A stretch of 64,000 bases of DNA. Origin: Mobula hypostoma (Eukaryota). Of the stretch, positions 47,390 to 61,132 are shown in pieces (the first letter of the stretch is position 1; every line of letters starts with the position of its first letter). The position numbers were made by a program, and so were the translations under genes. The stretch lies in contig NC_086101.1 of NCBI RefSeq assembly GCF_963921235.1, positions 31,124,001-31,188,000 on the forward strand. The letters run 5' to 3'. The notes under the pieces are model-generated. The model was not told the DNA's origin. It searched no databases and saw nothing but the letters and a program-made list of their open reading frames with translations.

Positions 47390-47585
47390 CCCTCGTCCAC
47401 TCATTAGTGGCAACTTGTAGCAGCCAATCAAAACACTGACTCGCACATCTTTGGGACATGGAGGGAAATCAAAGCTCCTGGGGTCACAGGGAAGGCATGC
47501 AAACGCCACATAGACGGCACACAAGCTCAGGGTCAAACCCAGGTATGTGAAGTGTGAGCCAGTAGCTCCACCTGCTGTCACATCA
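47390..47585 (-). mobile_element. tRNA-derived V-domain SINE (HE1-like); related copies near 20900-21050(-), 27655-27740(+), 41480-41620(+), 56680-56820(-)
   Basis: Recurrent GGGTT(C/T)GA box-B-like motif followed by TGTGTGG(A/C)GTTTGCATG...CTCC...TTTCCTCC(C)ACAT. Confidence 0.6.
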
Positions 47586-48341
47586 TCAGTCAATGCAGGT
47601 GCTATATTGGTTACTGTTCAACCCCAAAAAGCAAGTTCAGTTCGCCCAAGGCTCTGCAGGGTGCTACATGGCAGTCTGATGACCAGAGCCAGGTTGAGTG
47701 TGCAAATCTAAATCTCCCTGTGGAGAGGAGAGGTTCTACAATTGCTGGATTCTGGGGAAGAACACAAAGTGCTGGAGGAGCTCGGCAAATCAGACAGGAT
47801 CTGTGGAGGGAAATGGAATATCAACATTTCAGGTTAACACTGTTGATTTACACCAGTGACATTTAGGGAGAGGGATCCTGCCTGAATAAAGTCCTGATGC
47901 AGGGATTCAACTCCAGACCTACACCATCCCCTTTCCCTCCACGGATGCTGCCTGACCCACTTGAGTTTCTGCAGTTTATCTTTTGCTTCAGCTTCCAGCA
48001 TCTGCAGCTTCCTGGAACATTAACAGTTTCTCTTCCCACAGATGCCATCCACCCTGCTGAGTGTTTCCAACATTTACCTCCCATTCACCTTTCTCCACCC
48101 CCCCAATGGATTTGAAGCATCTGCATCTAATAGATTTACAAGATTTTTAATGCTGTGTTTGCAGTAACAGAGGTCAACTAGTGCCAGGGGTTGTGTTGAA
48201 ATCTGGGTGCATTTAATGGAAATTGACAGTGTATAATGCTTGACACACAGATGGCCTATCAAGACCATGCCAGCTTGCAGTGGGGGTGCTAGGAAGTGGC
48301 AGGTCAGCAGGGAGGCAGGGGAGGACTGGGGCAAGTGTGTG

Positions 48342-51300
48342 CTACAGCTTCAGTCTGCACAGAATGAGGCCATCGGAATTGTCCCCACAGTTCAAGTATG
48401 GGCTGAAATAGGGGAACAGCCTCTCCGTGAAGGTGTCCCTGAAAGTGTAGAGGTGGGACATGTCATCAGCATTATAGAAGGACACCTGGCCTTCTTCGTA
48501 GTCCAGGTAGATTCCCACCCTCCTGGGCTTCACGGAGAGATGCAGAGGGATTGTGGACCAGTCGAGAGCCTTATACTCCTTGCCATTTCGTAGCCAAATG
48601 GTCCAGTAGCCATCCACTGGTGACAGGGTGAGGCGGCCCTTCCTCTGGACAGACTCTCGGGCCAGACCCAGGTCCCAGGCTGTCTTGGTGCCCACCTCCA
48701 CCTCCCAGTAGTGCCTTCCAGAGCTGAAGCCCTGAGCTGCCAGGATGTTGACGCAGGGTTCGAAGCGGTCAGCGGACGGAAGATGCTGCTGTCTGGTGTC
48801 AGTCAGGCGCACCTGGGTCAGGTCCTCTGAGACCAGGAGCTTGTGGTGTGCAGAGTTCAGGTCCAGCGTGAGAGAGGCAGGGACTGGCAGAAAACAGAAA
48901 AAAAAGATTTACACACCAGTACTCACTTCAGACTAAAGCATTCCCCCCCCCCACCCCGCCAAACATTGAACACATCTAAAAGCAGCACAGCCACAAGAAA
49001 GCAGCATCTATCATCTAGGCCATTCTCTCTTTTTGCTACTGCCAATGGGGAGGAGGAACAGGAGCCTTAGGTCCCACAGCTCCAGGTTCAAGAACAGTCA
49101 GCCATCAGGCTCCTGAACCAGTATGGATAACTTCACTCACCTCAGCACTGAACTGATTCCACAACCGATGGACTCACCTTCACGGACTATTACTTATGTT
49201 CCAATATTATTTATTGCTTACTTTTTTGTAACCAATTTGTCTTCTTATGCACATTGGCTGTTTGTCCGTCTTTGCACGTAGGTTTTCACTAATTCTATTG
49301 TTTCTCTGTAACTATCGTGAATGCCCGCAAGAAAATGAATCTTAGTATATGGTTATATATACGTATTTTGATAATAAATTGACTTAGAACTTGGATGATT
49401 GGCTTTGAAACTTAACATTCACAAATCCAAGTGACCCATTGGGCTGTAGAGATATCTCATTAGGACCACTCTCCTTTGTCAATTTTTCTGGCTCTGTAAG
49501 ATTACTAAATGATTCTTTCCTCTCTTCCCACCACCCCCACCCCTCAGGCTAGGAACTGACTATTTCCAGAGGGCTCCATTGTGTTGGGAATTTTCAGACA
49601 TCCTGTGCAAAATTTCCAACATATACTTATTGCTCAACAGTCAAGAAACCTGGGAACACCCACCCACCACCACCCTTACGACAATCCCAGTGGCATCATG
49701 CTGGCCCAGTTCCGCCAGTCGTGTCCTAATTGGGGGAAAAACATACAAAAAAAAAATCACGTCAAGAGGTTTTGCAGAATACCTGATACAGATCATAAGT
49801 GAGGCTACACCAGGTACTACGTCAATGCAAGTTCATGTTCACAGCCAACTGGATAGGTTACATAAACCACTTTTTAGCAACCTTCAGGGAGGGGAAATCT
49901 ATCTGAGGAGGGCCCAATCAAAGGATTTTGATAAACTCACCCTCAAAAGGCCTATTGGCAAACTTGGATTTCCCTCCACCATAATCCCTGGCAGCACATT
50001 CCAGACACCCAGCACTAAAAGCATGCCCCTTTCATCTACTTCCTTGCCCCCTTTACATCCCCTTCTCATGCATGTCCTATAGTAAGGCATTTCAACCTTG
50101 AGAAAGCGGTACAGGCTGTCTACTGACTGCCTCTCAATTTTATGAACTTCAGGTCTCCGCTCTGTTCCTCTAGAGAAAACCCGAGTGATATAGGATCAGA
50201 ACCACCCCTGGTATTGCCAGTAACACCCACACATGGAATGAATGGAGGTTGTCCTACCTGGGCCAATGAAGTCCTTCATCTCTCGCCACACCTTATACTG
50301 CAGGGGTCCCTTGAACACTCCCAAGGGCAGCACGGCTGGCACCTCACTGGGCATCTGGATGTTATCCAGCCTGTTAAAGCAGTATTGTGGCAGGTTGAAC
50401 AGGAACCTTGGCAGTCGAGTCAGCAAAAGTGAGCACGGAGTGTCCACCTACCTTAGGCTGCTCACTGTCTGCAGGGAGAAGAGAGAAGGACACATCAGTC
50501 TGAATTTGACCAACAAATCCCAGCTCTTGCATGCACAAACTGAGCTACTGGAATTGGTTTATTTTGTCACATGTACCAAGAGCCAGTGAAAAGCTTCTCT
50601 TGCATATTCATAGTGTTTATACAGATCAGAATACAGTGTAATTGAGGAGAAACAAGGTAAAATAATAACAATGCAGAATAAAATGCAACAGCAACAGGGA
50701 AATTGCAGAGCAGGTCAAAAAAGTACAAGATCATAACCAGGGAGATTGCACAAATCTATTCAAGAATGTATTTTATCAGACACACACAAAACAAGCCAAA
50801 ACTGAGTGGCATAGAATACAATACAATGGAATAAATGGGAAAATCGATTTCCAGAAGCAAGAAGCTGCAATGGGACTGTCTGAACCAACGGGATTTACAG
50901 TTTGAGGGAATGTGAAGAGAGTTTACAATCAGCAGGTTCAAGATTCAAAGTTTACTTCTGTTTTTCGGTACGTGAGTGAAGAACATGATTGTTACTTCAG
51001 ATCCACTGCAGCATTAAAACACATGCTCAGAACAATTAAAAAAGCAATAAATACAAAAGCTATCCTACAAAACAATGTACAAGTTGTATAGGTAAACTTT
51101 GTATGTACATAAAGTGATAGTTGTGATGTGTACATAGAGGTCGTGGTGGGGTGGGCTCATAGTTGGAGGGGTTGATCAGCCTAATGTCTTGGGGGAAGTA
51201 ACTGTTTTAGAGTCCAGTGGTCCTGGTGTGGATGCTGTATAGCTTCTGCCCTGATGGTAGTGGAACAGACAGCCCATGAAAGGATGGGTGTGATCCTTTA

Positions 51301-54300
51301 TGATATCGCTGGCCATTTTCTGGCATCTTACTGTACATATGAGGAACCCTCAGTAGGCAGTGATCATGAAATGATAAAATTCACCCTGCAGCTCGAGAGG
51401 AAGATGTATCAGTATTACATTGAATTACAGAGGCATGAGAGAGGAGCTGGGCAAAGTTGATTGGAATGGGATATTAGCAGAAATGACAGAACAGCAGTGG
51501 CTGGAATTTCTGGAGGCAATTCAGAAGGTTCAGGATAGATAATCCCAGAGATGTAGTATTCTAAAGGGAGGACGAGGCCACTGTGGCTGACAAGGGAAGT
51601 CAAAAGCAGGATAAAAGCAAAAAAGGGCATATAATATAGCAAAAAATTAGTGAGAAATTAGAGGATTGTGGAGCTTTTAAAAACCAATGGAAGGTAACTA
51701 AAAAAAAGCCAAACAGGGAGAAGAGATGAAATATGAAGGTAAGCTAGCCAATAATATAAAAGAGGATACCAGAAGTATTTTTTAGATATTAAAAAAAAGT
51801 AAGAGGTGAGTGTAGATGTTGGACCACTAGAAAATGACATAGGAGAGGTATTAATGAGGGACAAGAAATGTCAAACTAACTGAAGTGTTTTTAATCAATC
51901 TTCACTGTGAAAGACACTAGCAGTATGCTAAAAATTGAAGAGTGTCAGGGGGCAGACGTGTGTGCAGTTCCCATTACTATGGAGAAGGTGCTTGGGAAGC
52001 TGGAAGATCTGAAGGTAGATAAGTCACCTGAACCAGATGGACCACACCTCAGGGTTCTGAAGGAGGTCTTTCAAGTATCTCTAGGTTCTCGAATAGTTCC
52101 AGAGGACTGGAAAATTGCACATGTCATTTCACTCTAAGGGAGAGAGACAGGAGAAAGGAAATTATAGGCCGGTTAGCCTGACTTCAATAGATGGAAAAAG
52201 TCCTTAAAAATGGACTCCAAGGATGACGTTTCAGGGTACTTGGAAGGGCATGATAAAGTCGGGAAAAGGGGTTTTCTAAAGGGGAAAATCCTGCTTGATA
52301 ATTATGTTGGAAATCTTTGTGGACATAACAGGAAGGATAGAAAAAGGAGAGTCAGTGTATACTGTTCCCTTGAATTTTCAGAAGGCCTTTCACAAGGATG
52401 CTTAACAGGATAGGAGGCCATGGTATTACAGGAAATGCACTAGCATAGAAGACTGGCAGGAGCCTATTCTGGTTGGCTGCCGGTGACTGGTAGTGTTCTG
52501 CAGGGGTTGCTATTAGGACCACATCTTCTTGGATGACAGAATTGATGATTTCACGGCCAAGTTTGCTGGTGATACAAAAATAGTTGGAGGGGCTGGTACT
52601 GTTGAAGCAGAGAGTCTGTAGAAGGACTTGGATTGGGAGAATAGGCAAAGAACTGGCAGATGGAATATAGTGTCAAGAAGTGCATGGTCATACACTTTGG
52701 TAGAAGGAATAAAGACATAGAATATTTTCTAAACTGGGAGAAAATTCAAAATTCAGAGATGCAAAGACATTTGGGAGTCCTTGTGCAGAATTCCCTAAAA
52801 GTTAACTTGCAGGTTGAATTGGTGATAAATAAGGCAAACGCAATGTTAGCACATTTCAAGAGAGCTAGGATACAAGAGCAAGGATGTAATGCTGAGGCTT
52901 TATAAGGCATTATTCTGGCTGCACTTGGGGTATGGTGAGCAATTTTGGGCTCCTTATCTAAAAGATGTGCTGGCATTGGAGAGGGTTCAGAGGTCAATGA
53001 GAATGATTACGGCAATGAAAAAGTTGATGTAGGAGAGCATTTGATGGTTCCATCCTCACTTACAGCTGACCTCTGCTGGTCCATTAACACCCCCACGCCC
53101 AGCTTCTGCTCTGTTTGATAATCCACACATTTGGAAATCGTGGCCCAAAATCTAAAATCCAAACAGTTTCCGCACACTGAAGTAGTAGCTGCTCTTGTTC
53201 TTAAGCTTCTGGGTGATGGGATGATCTCACTGGGTTGCCTCAACAGGAGGGAGATGGAAACGCAAGAGACGGTAAATGTTGGGATCAGGAGCATTTGGGT
53301 GATTTGGTCAGCTACACCTCCAGCTTTTTCCCAGGGGAGAAATGCCTAATATAAGAGGACGTCATTTTAAGCTGATTGGAAGTATAGGAGCAATGGCAGA
53401 GGTAGTGTTTTTTTTTTAAATAAACGGCGACAGGTGCAGGAAAACACTGCTAGGGTTAGTGGTAGAGGGAGGTGCATTAAGGACATTTAAGAGACTCAGA
53501 TATGCAGAAGGATGATAGAAAAGTAGAGGGATATTGTCTATGTGGGAAGAATTAGATTGATTCTTAGATTAGGCTAAAAGGATGGCACAACGTTGTGGGC
53601 CAAAGGGCCTGTACTGTGTTGTACTCTTATGTTCCAACTGCTTCCCACCACTGATCCAATGCTGTAGCCCTGTTCCTTCTGCTCTATGGTGAAGGACTTG
53701 GATTGGGAGAATAGGCAGAGAACTGGCAGGTGGGATGGCGATGGGCTTCAGGTTTGTTATTTCCATGTTTTAACAGTCACTGTACACAGCATCAGCTGCA
53801 CTGCCCGATCTCAACCCATCAGGGCAGTGCCCGATCACCAATGTCCATTTTGTGGAACAGAGACCTGCATTACCCTACCTTCAGGAACTCAATGTCGCTC
53901 TCCAGAGCCTGATGTGTCCTTAACTCCTCCTGCCGGCTATTCAGGGAATCCAGCCCTTCCTGGATCTTCTGTAGGTTGCCCTGGATCTGCTCCAGGATGT
54001 GGTTCTTGTCCACCACCAGCTCCCGACACAAGCTCTCCTCCCTTTCCTGCAGGAAGGAGTGCATCTGTGCAAACTGTTCCCTGATGTGGAGCAACAGTTG
54101 CTCAGAGCTTCTCTACAATGAAAAATGAAAAAAGAAAAACCTACATTTATAATCGCAACTTTGACAACCTCAACAACCCACTGTTTTAGAAAGGTTACTA
54201 TTTACCAGGACAACCCATTTGCTAAGCATAATCATGTATTACACATTGTAATCCAGTTGAAGTGGTACAACTGCCCATTCACCTCCTCCCCCACTTCCAT

Positions 54301-57300
54301 CCAGGGTTCAAATAATCCTTCCAGGTGAGTCAACCCTTCACCTACAATTCTGCTGGGGTCGTTTGTTGTGTCTGGCACGTCCATTGCGGCCTCCTCCACA
54401 TTGGTGGAAACTGGCCACTTTGTCGAGAACCTCTGCTCCATTCGCAAAAGGTAGAAATTCCCAGTGGCCAAACATTTTAATTCCAATTCTGACATGTTAG
54501 TCCATGGCCTCCTCTTGTGGCGCAATGAAGCCACCCTCAGGGTGGAGGAGCAACACACTATATTCTGCCTGGGTAGCCACCAACCTGATGGCATGAATAT
54601 TGATTTCTTCTTTCCGGTAAAAGAAACTTGCTTCCCTCTGTCCTCTTCTTCTATTCCCCACTCTGGCCTCTTACTTCACCTGTCTGTCACCTCCCTCAAT
54701 TCACTCCCCTATCAGACCACACCAGCTTGGGAGCATGCGGAATATGGAGCTGAACCTTATTGATACTCTACTTGTACAGTGTGTGAACTCCTCCCATGTG
54801 CATAGGAATAACTCATTAACTACCACAATAACTTCCCCTCCTCCACTTTTTATTCTGGCATCTCCCCCTTCCTTTCCAGTCCTGATGCTCTAAACCTCAA
54901 CTTCTTCCACTAGACACTCATGAGGAACAATGCACAGCAACTATTTCACAAGACAAGGGTGCAGAAGTAGGCCATTCGGCCCATCAAGTCCACTGCATGA
55001 TGAGCTAAACTATTCTCCCATCTAGTTCCAATTTCCAGCTTTTTCCTCCCATATCCCTTGATACCCCGACTAATTAGATACCTATCAATCTCCTCCTTAA
55101 ACACCCTCAATGATTGGGCCTCCACAGCTGTATGTGGCAACGAATTGCATAAATCCACAACCCTCTGGCTACAAAAAAATTCTCCTCATCTGTTTTAAAT
55201 GGGTACCCTCTAATTCTAAGACTGTGGCCTCTTGTCCTGGACTCACCCACCAAGGGAAGCAGCCTTTCCACATCTACTCGGTCCAACCCTTTCAACATTT
55301 GAAACGTTTCTATGAGATCCCCTCTCATTCTTCTATACTCTAATGAATACAGCCCAAAAGCTGACAAACACTCCTCATATGTTAGCCCCTGCATTCTGGG
55401 AATCATCCTCATAAATCTTCTATGAACTCTCTCCAAATCAGTACATCCCTTCTAAGATAGGGGGCCCAAAACCGCATACAGTATTCCAAATGAGGTCTCA
55501 CCAGTGCCCCACAGAGCCTCATCAACACCTCCTTACTCTTATACACTATTCCTCTTGAAATGAATGCCAACATAGCATTCGCTTTCCTTACTGCCGATCC
55601 AACCTGGTGGTTAACCTTTAGGGTATCCAGCACGAGGACCCCCAAGTCCCTTTGCACTGATTTTTGTATTTTCTCCCCATCTAAATAATAATCTGCCTGA
55701 TTATTTCTTCTTCCAAAATATACAACCATATATTTCTCAACATTATATCTCATCTGCCATTTCTTTGCCCACTCTCCTAAACTGACCAAGTCTCTCTGCA
55801 ACCTTTCCGTTTCTTCAACACTTCCTGCTCCTCCACCTATCTTGGTGTCATCTGTAAATTTAGCCACAAAACCATTTAATCCATAATCTAAGTATTCAAT
55901 ATACATTGTAAAAAGAATTGGCCCCAACACTGACCCCTGCGGAACACCACTAGTAACCAGCAACTAATCAGAATAGGATCCCTTTATTCCCACCCTTTGC
56001 TTTCTACCTAGCAGCCAATGCTCCACCCATTCCAATATCTTTCCTGTAATTCCAAGGGCTCTCATCTTATTAAGCAGCCTCTTATGCGGCACCTTATGGA
56101 ATGCCTTTTGAAAATCCAAATACACAACATCCACAGTCTCACCATTGTCAATCTTATTTGAGATTACCTCAAATAATTCCAATAGGTTGGTGAGGCAGGA
56201 TCTTCCCTTCATGAAACCATGCTGGCTTGGGCCTATCTTGTCATGCTCCTCGAGGCATTTTATAACCTCGACCTTGAGGATTGACTCCAATTACTTTCCA
56301 ACTACCGTTGTCAGACTAATAGGTCTGTAATTTTCTTTTTGCTGCCTCCCACCCTTCTTATACAGCAGAACTACATTTGCGACCTTCCAGTCCTCCGGAA
56401 CCACGCCAGAGTTTATTGATTCCTGGAAGATCATTTCCAATGCCTCCACAATCTCCAAAGTCACCTCCTTCAGAACCCATGGGTGCACTTCATCTGGTCC
56501 AGGAGACTTAACTATTCTTAGTCCATATAGCTTCCCAAGCACTTACTTTCTAGTAATCTTGACTGTACCTAATTCTATTCCCTGAGACCTCTGGCTATCA
56601 GGTATTTTGCTAATGTCTTCCACTGTGAAGACTGATGCAAAATACTCATTTAGTTCCTCTACCATCAGATGTATTTAACCTACACCTTCGGGATGTGGGA
56701 GCAAACCAGAGCACCCAGTGGAAACCCAAGCAGTCGCAGGGAGAATGTATGAATTCCACACTGACAGCACCAGAGTCAGGATCAAACCTGGGATTCCAGT
56801 GCTGTGAGGCAGCAGCTAACAGCAATTGCGATGGCTTTTTTTCCCCCCATTTTGTGTATCTTTAATGTCTAAAATTTTCTTTATGTCAAGTGTTAAGCTT
56901 ACTGGCCTGTAATTTCCAGCGTTTTGCCTCCTTTCGTTTGAAGAAACTGCATTTGCTATTTTGCCCAAACTAAGAAAATCTACCATTTGTTAATTGATTT
57001 ACATTACTGACACTCCTGCCATTGAAAACAGTTACACTTCCTAGTTCAACCAGACCCTTCATTTTGAGCATCTCCATGGCCTGTGCCTCCTTCCTGAACT
57101 GCAGCAACAGCTACAATACTGTTGGTCTAGGTCCAAGCAACAACTCAAAAGCAGCAAACACACACACATCTCAGAGGGCATATCATTAGCAATTTTTACT
57201 TCATATTTCCAGTATCTGCAGCATTATAAATTTAACATTTTTCAGCTTGCTTTACACAAGGTTTGAGTACAGTGGATGTTGGTGCTTTGGAAATTAACAA

Positions 57301-60300
57301 TGGAATATACATTTTTTCACACACTCCCGTCTGAAGAGGAATCTTGTTTTGATTTCATGTACCCCACAATTATGGTTCCCACTGGTCCCAATGTCTTGGA
57401 CAGATTACAGGCAGGCAAAAAATCCAGCTATCATCCCTGACATTCAATGTTTCCTATGATGGTAGAGTCTGAGGTCACAGGACACAGCCTCAGAATAGAG
57501 GGGCATCCTTTCCGAATAAAGATCAGGAGGAATTTGTTTAACCAGAGAGTGGTGAATCTGTGGAATTCTTTGCCACAGGCAGCTGTGAAGGCAAAGTATT
57601 TATGTATAATTAAGGCAGAAGTTGATAGATTCTTGATTGGTCAGGGCATGAAGGGATACGGGGAGAAGGCAGATGATCGGGGCTGAGGGGAAAACTGATC
57701 AGTCATGATGAAATAACAGAGCAGACTATGTGCCAATGGCTTAATTCTACTCCTATGTCTCAAACAATAGAAAATCTGCAGATGCTGCAAATCCAAGCAA
57801 CACACAAAATGCTGGAGGAACTCAGCAGGACAGGCATCATCTATGGGGGGAGAAAAAAGTACAGTCAACGTTTTGGGACAAGGCCCTTCAGCAGGACCAA
57901 GACAAGTGGAGTCATTAAAGTTCATATGTTATCATATACTACCCCGAGATCTATTTTCTTGTAGGAAATAATGCAATATTTACAGAAAAAACTATACATG
58001 AACAAAGACTGACAAGCAACAATATGCAAAAGATGATAGAGTGTGCAAATAAAGATAATACTGAGAACAAAGTCATAAAGAGTCCCTGAAAGTGAGTGTT
58101 GGTCTTAGCATCAGATCAGAACGGTAGTGATTGAAGTTATCCACGCTGATTCAGAAACATTATGCTTATAGGGTAATAACAGTTTCTGAACCTGGCAATG
58201 TGGGACCCAAGGCTTCTGTACCTACTGCCCAATGGAAGCACAAGAAAAGGGCATCGCCTGGATGGTAGGAGTTCATAATGATGGATGCTGCATTCTTACA
58301 GTGGCACTCCATGCGTCTACTCAATTTTTGGAGAGGGCTTTGTCTGGGATGGACTGGGCAGTATCAATCATTTTCTGCAGCCTTTTCCGTTTCTGAACAT
58401 TGCGTTTCCATACCATACCTTCTGACTACCCATAGCCATCTCACCATCTACAAGACTCCAATCTGACTGTGATGGAACATTTCCCACTTGCCTAGGTGAG
58501 AGCAGCGACACTCAAGCCTATTATCATGCAGGACATAGCAGTTCATGAAACAGGGAGCTCATCCACTCCACCTGCAATGCAGAGTAGCAACAATTTGTAC
58601 CACCTACAGGATGCACAGCAGCAACTCTCCTGGCCACCACCTTCCAAACCTCTACCAGCTGGTAGGACAGCAGCAGCATGGGGACTACCAGCAGCAGGAA
58701 GTTACCCTCCAAGCCACACACCATCCCAACTCAGAAATACAGTATGTCATCATTCCCTCACCTCACTGGGTCGAAGTCTAATACACTAAGTGTTTCCTCT
58801 CACCTCAGGTACCAGAGCTCACCACAATCTTCTTAAGAGCAACTAGGGAAGGTTAAATGGTGGCTCAGCTGAAGTCATACCTCTTGAATGAACACATGTT
58901 TAAGAACAAGACATAGGAAATGGCTCAAGGATGTGGTCAAAGACTCCTTCAAGTAGAGCAATATCCCCACAGACTCTGGGAATCTCTGGCCTGAGACCAT
59001 TCAGTGGCGAGAAATGCCTTATTCTCATTAAAGCATATAACAAGATAGTGAAGACTCATCACATGCCTACTTTGCACAAATGTTGCACTCTTGAATCTAT
59101 TTACCATCAACTGCTGAACTGCAAGAGGTACCTTGCACAAATCACATCCTAGTGTCTATGAATGTTGGGCACGGCATTCAGAATCAGATGGGGCATGCAA
59201 CCCCGGAAGCGACCTCCTTACCTTGTGTGGCAGTCTACAGTCCTACCCACAATGCGCCTGTTGACTTCACTGAGAAGACAAATCTCCAAGTCAAGGATAC
59301 TGCCCCCCAAAAAAAGGACAGAACAATGTTGTCTTACAAACTCCAGCAGTCACCACTGTACAATGGCCAGGTTTAGTCTACCTTCTCCCTCTTCACCAAA
59401 CTACACACCTCAAACCTTGGTGGCAAGTCAGGCAAGTCACACCACAAAAGACAGCTGAATCCAGTTGACAGTGTCAAATCCCAAACCTCTTTATTCCAAA
59501 CACTATTGTTAGTTTAAACTGGTGTGCCAACTAGTCCAGATTATTTCAAAAACTGGTGGGATTGCACCTTGGAGAACCAATGCTGGGCTGTCAATTGCAA
59601 ATATTACCTTCAAGTCAGAAACTTTGTCTTGTTCATTACACAGGAGGTATCTGAAGGCGCATGATCGATCTTCTACTGAAGAGATCTGCAGTTGCAGCTC
59701 ACCCTGGGGGAAGGGAAAAGCACTTATGAGAAGGTCACAGGGGGAAAGGCAGGTACAGGAGGGACACAGGGGGCTGATGAGGGGTCCTGAATATACAAGT
59801 GTCTTCAGAGGAGGGATGTGGGTGAAAAAGGGTGAGGGGGGAAAAGATGGGGCTATATACCAGAGAACTATATTGTGATAGGGAGGGGATGGAAGGAGGA
59901 ACAGTTAGAGAAAGACTTGGCTGCATGGGTCGCTTAGTTTCATGACATTGGTCCAGGTTAAAGGTCTCCATGAGGGGTCAAATGCATTTAAATAAATACA
60001 TACTACTGACTGATATCTCAGCTTATGTTCGAACTCCGGAGAAGGACTGGGGAGTAGATTGGTGCTGTTTCCGACAGGAGAAGGCAGGTCTAAGTGATAC
60101 ATTAATAGGTTGAGAACCCCAGACAGGAAATTCCAGAATGGGCAGGTGTGGGGTTGATTTCAAAGGACTGATGAAAATACAGTCCAGCTGGCTGCTGTAA
60201 ATCGCCCTTAGTAAGTGAGCGAGGAGTAGAAATTGGAGGGAATTGAGAGGAAAGTGAAGAGAATGAAATGGGTTCAGTGTAGAGGGCTGGTTGACGGTCA

Positions 60301-60885
60301 CCAGGAGGAGGAGCCGGTTTCCGCTCTGCATTTACATTTCTACAGAACTTGACCCTCAGCTGACTACGCCTCCAGTAGGGTCAGCCGAGTATTATCTACC
60401 GGTAGTCTGCAAGGCTCAGGTTCTGTGTGAAAATCAGAAGCCTCCTCCCAACCCCCACACCACCCATTCCCCTCCCTCCCTCCCTCCCTCCCTACCCTGT
60501 AGAACCTGGCGGCCTCTCCGACCGGGCTGGCCTGGTGTTCCCGGTGCCCCGGTCCGTCTCGGCAGCCGAGGCAGACGAGGCGGAGGTCGGTGTCACAAAA
60601 CAGTTTGAACCGGAGGCTATGGGGCTCACAGTAGAGGTCAGCCAGAGCCCGGGACGCCTCGCTCAGCTGCCTCACCGCCCCGTTGGGCCGCAGGGTGGAC
60701 GCGCCCGCCGGCTCGCGGCATTCGGGGCAGCAGGGGTCCGGAGCCTGATGGTGCCAGTACCCCTCAACGCAGGACCGGCAGAAATTGTGGCCGCAGCCCA
60801 GAACAACGGGGTCCACGAAGAGCTCCAAGCAGATCGGACACTGTAGCTCCTCGCGGAAACTGAGGTCAACACTGTCCAAATCCAT
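48342..60885 (-). CDS. TRIM E3 ligase, RING-Bbox-coiled-coil-PRY/SPRY (class IV; TRIM39/TRIM69/TRIM27-like), 463 aa
   Basis: Exons 60885-60496 (RING CPICLELFVDPVVLGCGHNFCRSC...CPEC plus B-box CEPH...C...CLGC...H..H), 59703-59608 (96 nt), 54112-53879 (234 nt), 50468-50452 (17 nt), 50370-50258 (113 nt, LGVFKGPLQYKVW), 48883-48342 (PRY-SPRY). 1392 nt in frame, all introns GT-AG. Exact orthologue not assignable. Confidence 0.92.
51330..53640 (+). mobile_element. Heavily decayed CR1 ORF2 in TRIM intron 3
   Basis: GSDHEMIKF, DKSPEPDG, VPEDWK, KKCMVIHFGRRN remnants. Confidence 0.78.
54255..54890 (+). mobile_element. Decayed Penelope-like GIY-YIG fragment
   Basis: EATLRVEEQHTIFCLGSHQPDGMNIDF. Confidence 0.75.
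54950..56665 (-). mobile_element. 5'-truncated CR1 LINE (RT region)
   Basis: ORFs 56291-56542, 55964-56290, 55409-55963 and 55107-55436 are consecutive RT pieces (QHGF, GVPQGSVLGP, FTDDTK). Confidence 0.9.
57447..57760 (+). mobile_element. CR1 3' fragment
   Basis: GHSLRIEGHPFR...QRVVNLWNSLP. Confidence 0.8.
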
Positions 60886-61132
60886 CCCGGGTCTGGTAGG
60901 CGAGAAAGAAGAACGCAGGTGGGAGTTCTGAAACCGGAACATCGGAGAACCCACCGTCGAGTATTTTATCTCATCGGCCAATACCGAGCTAATTGATTCA
61001 ATGATTACTTTATGACTTTAACCTTCTCCCTCCTTAACTCAGAGGTGTGGCTGCCTGATTTAGTAGTCCGTTGTGGTTTGCACCGTAACATTCTCTATTT
61101 AAGCTTCCTCCTTCATTCCTTCGATCTGTGAT

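Noticed and set aside
57055-57110. Possible TRIM exon 2 (LLLQFRKEAQAMEMLKMK)
   Set aside because: The canonical 96-nt phase-0 exon at 59703-59608 fits better.
60886-60981. 32-aa N-terminal extension of the TRIM ORF
   Set aside because: The ORF begins at a non-ATG codon; the ATG at 60885 sits at the usual distance before the RING. An upstream in-frame ATG at about 60942 cannot be fully excluded.
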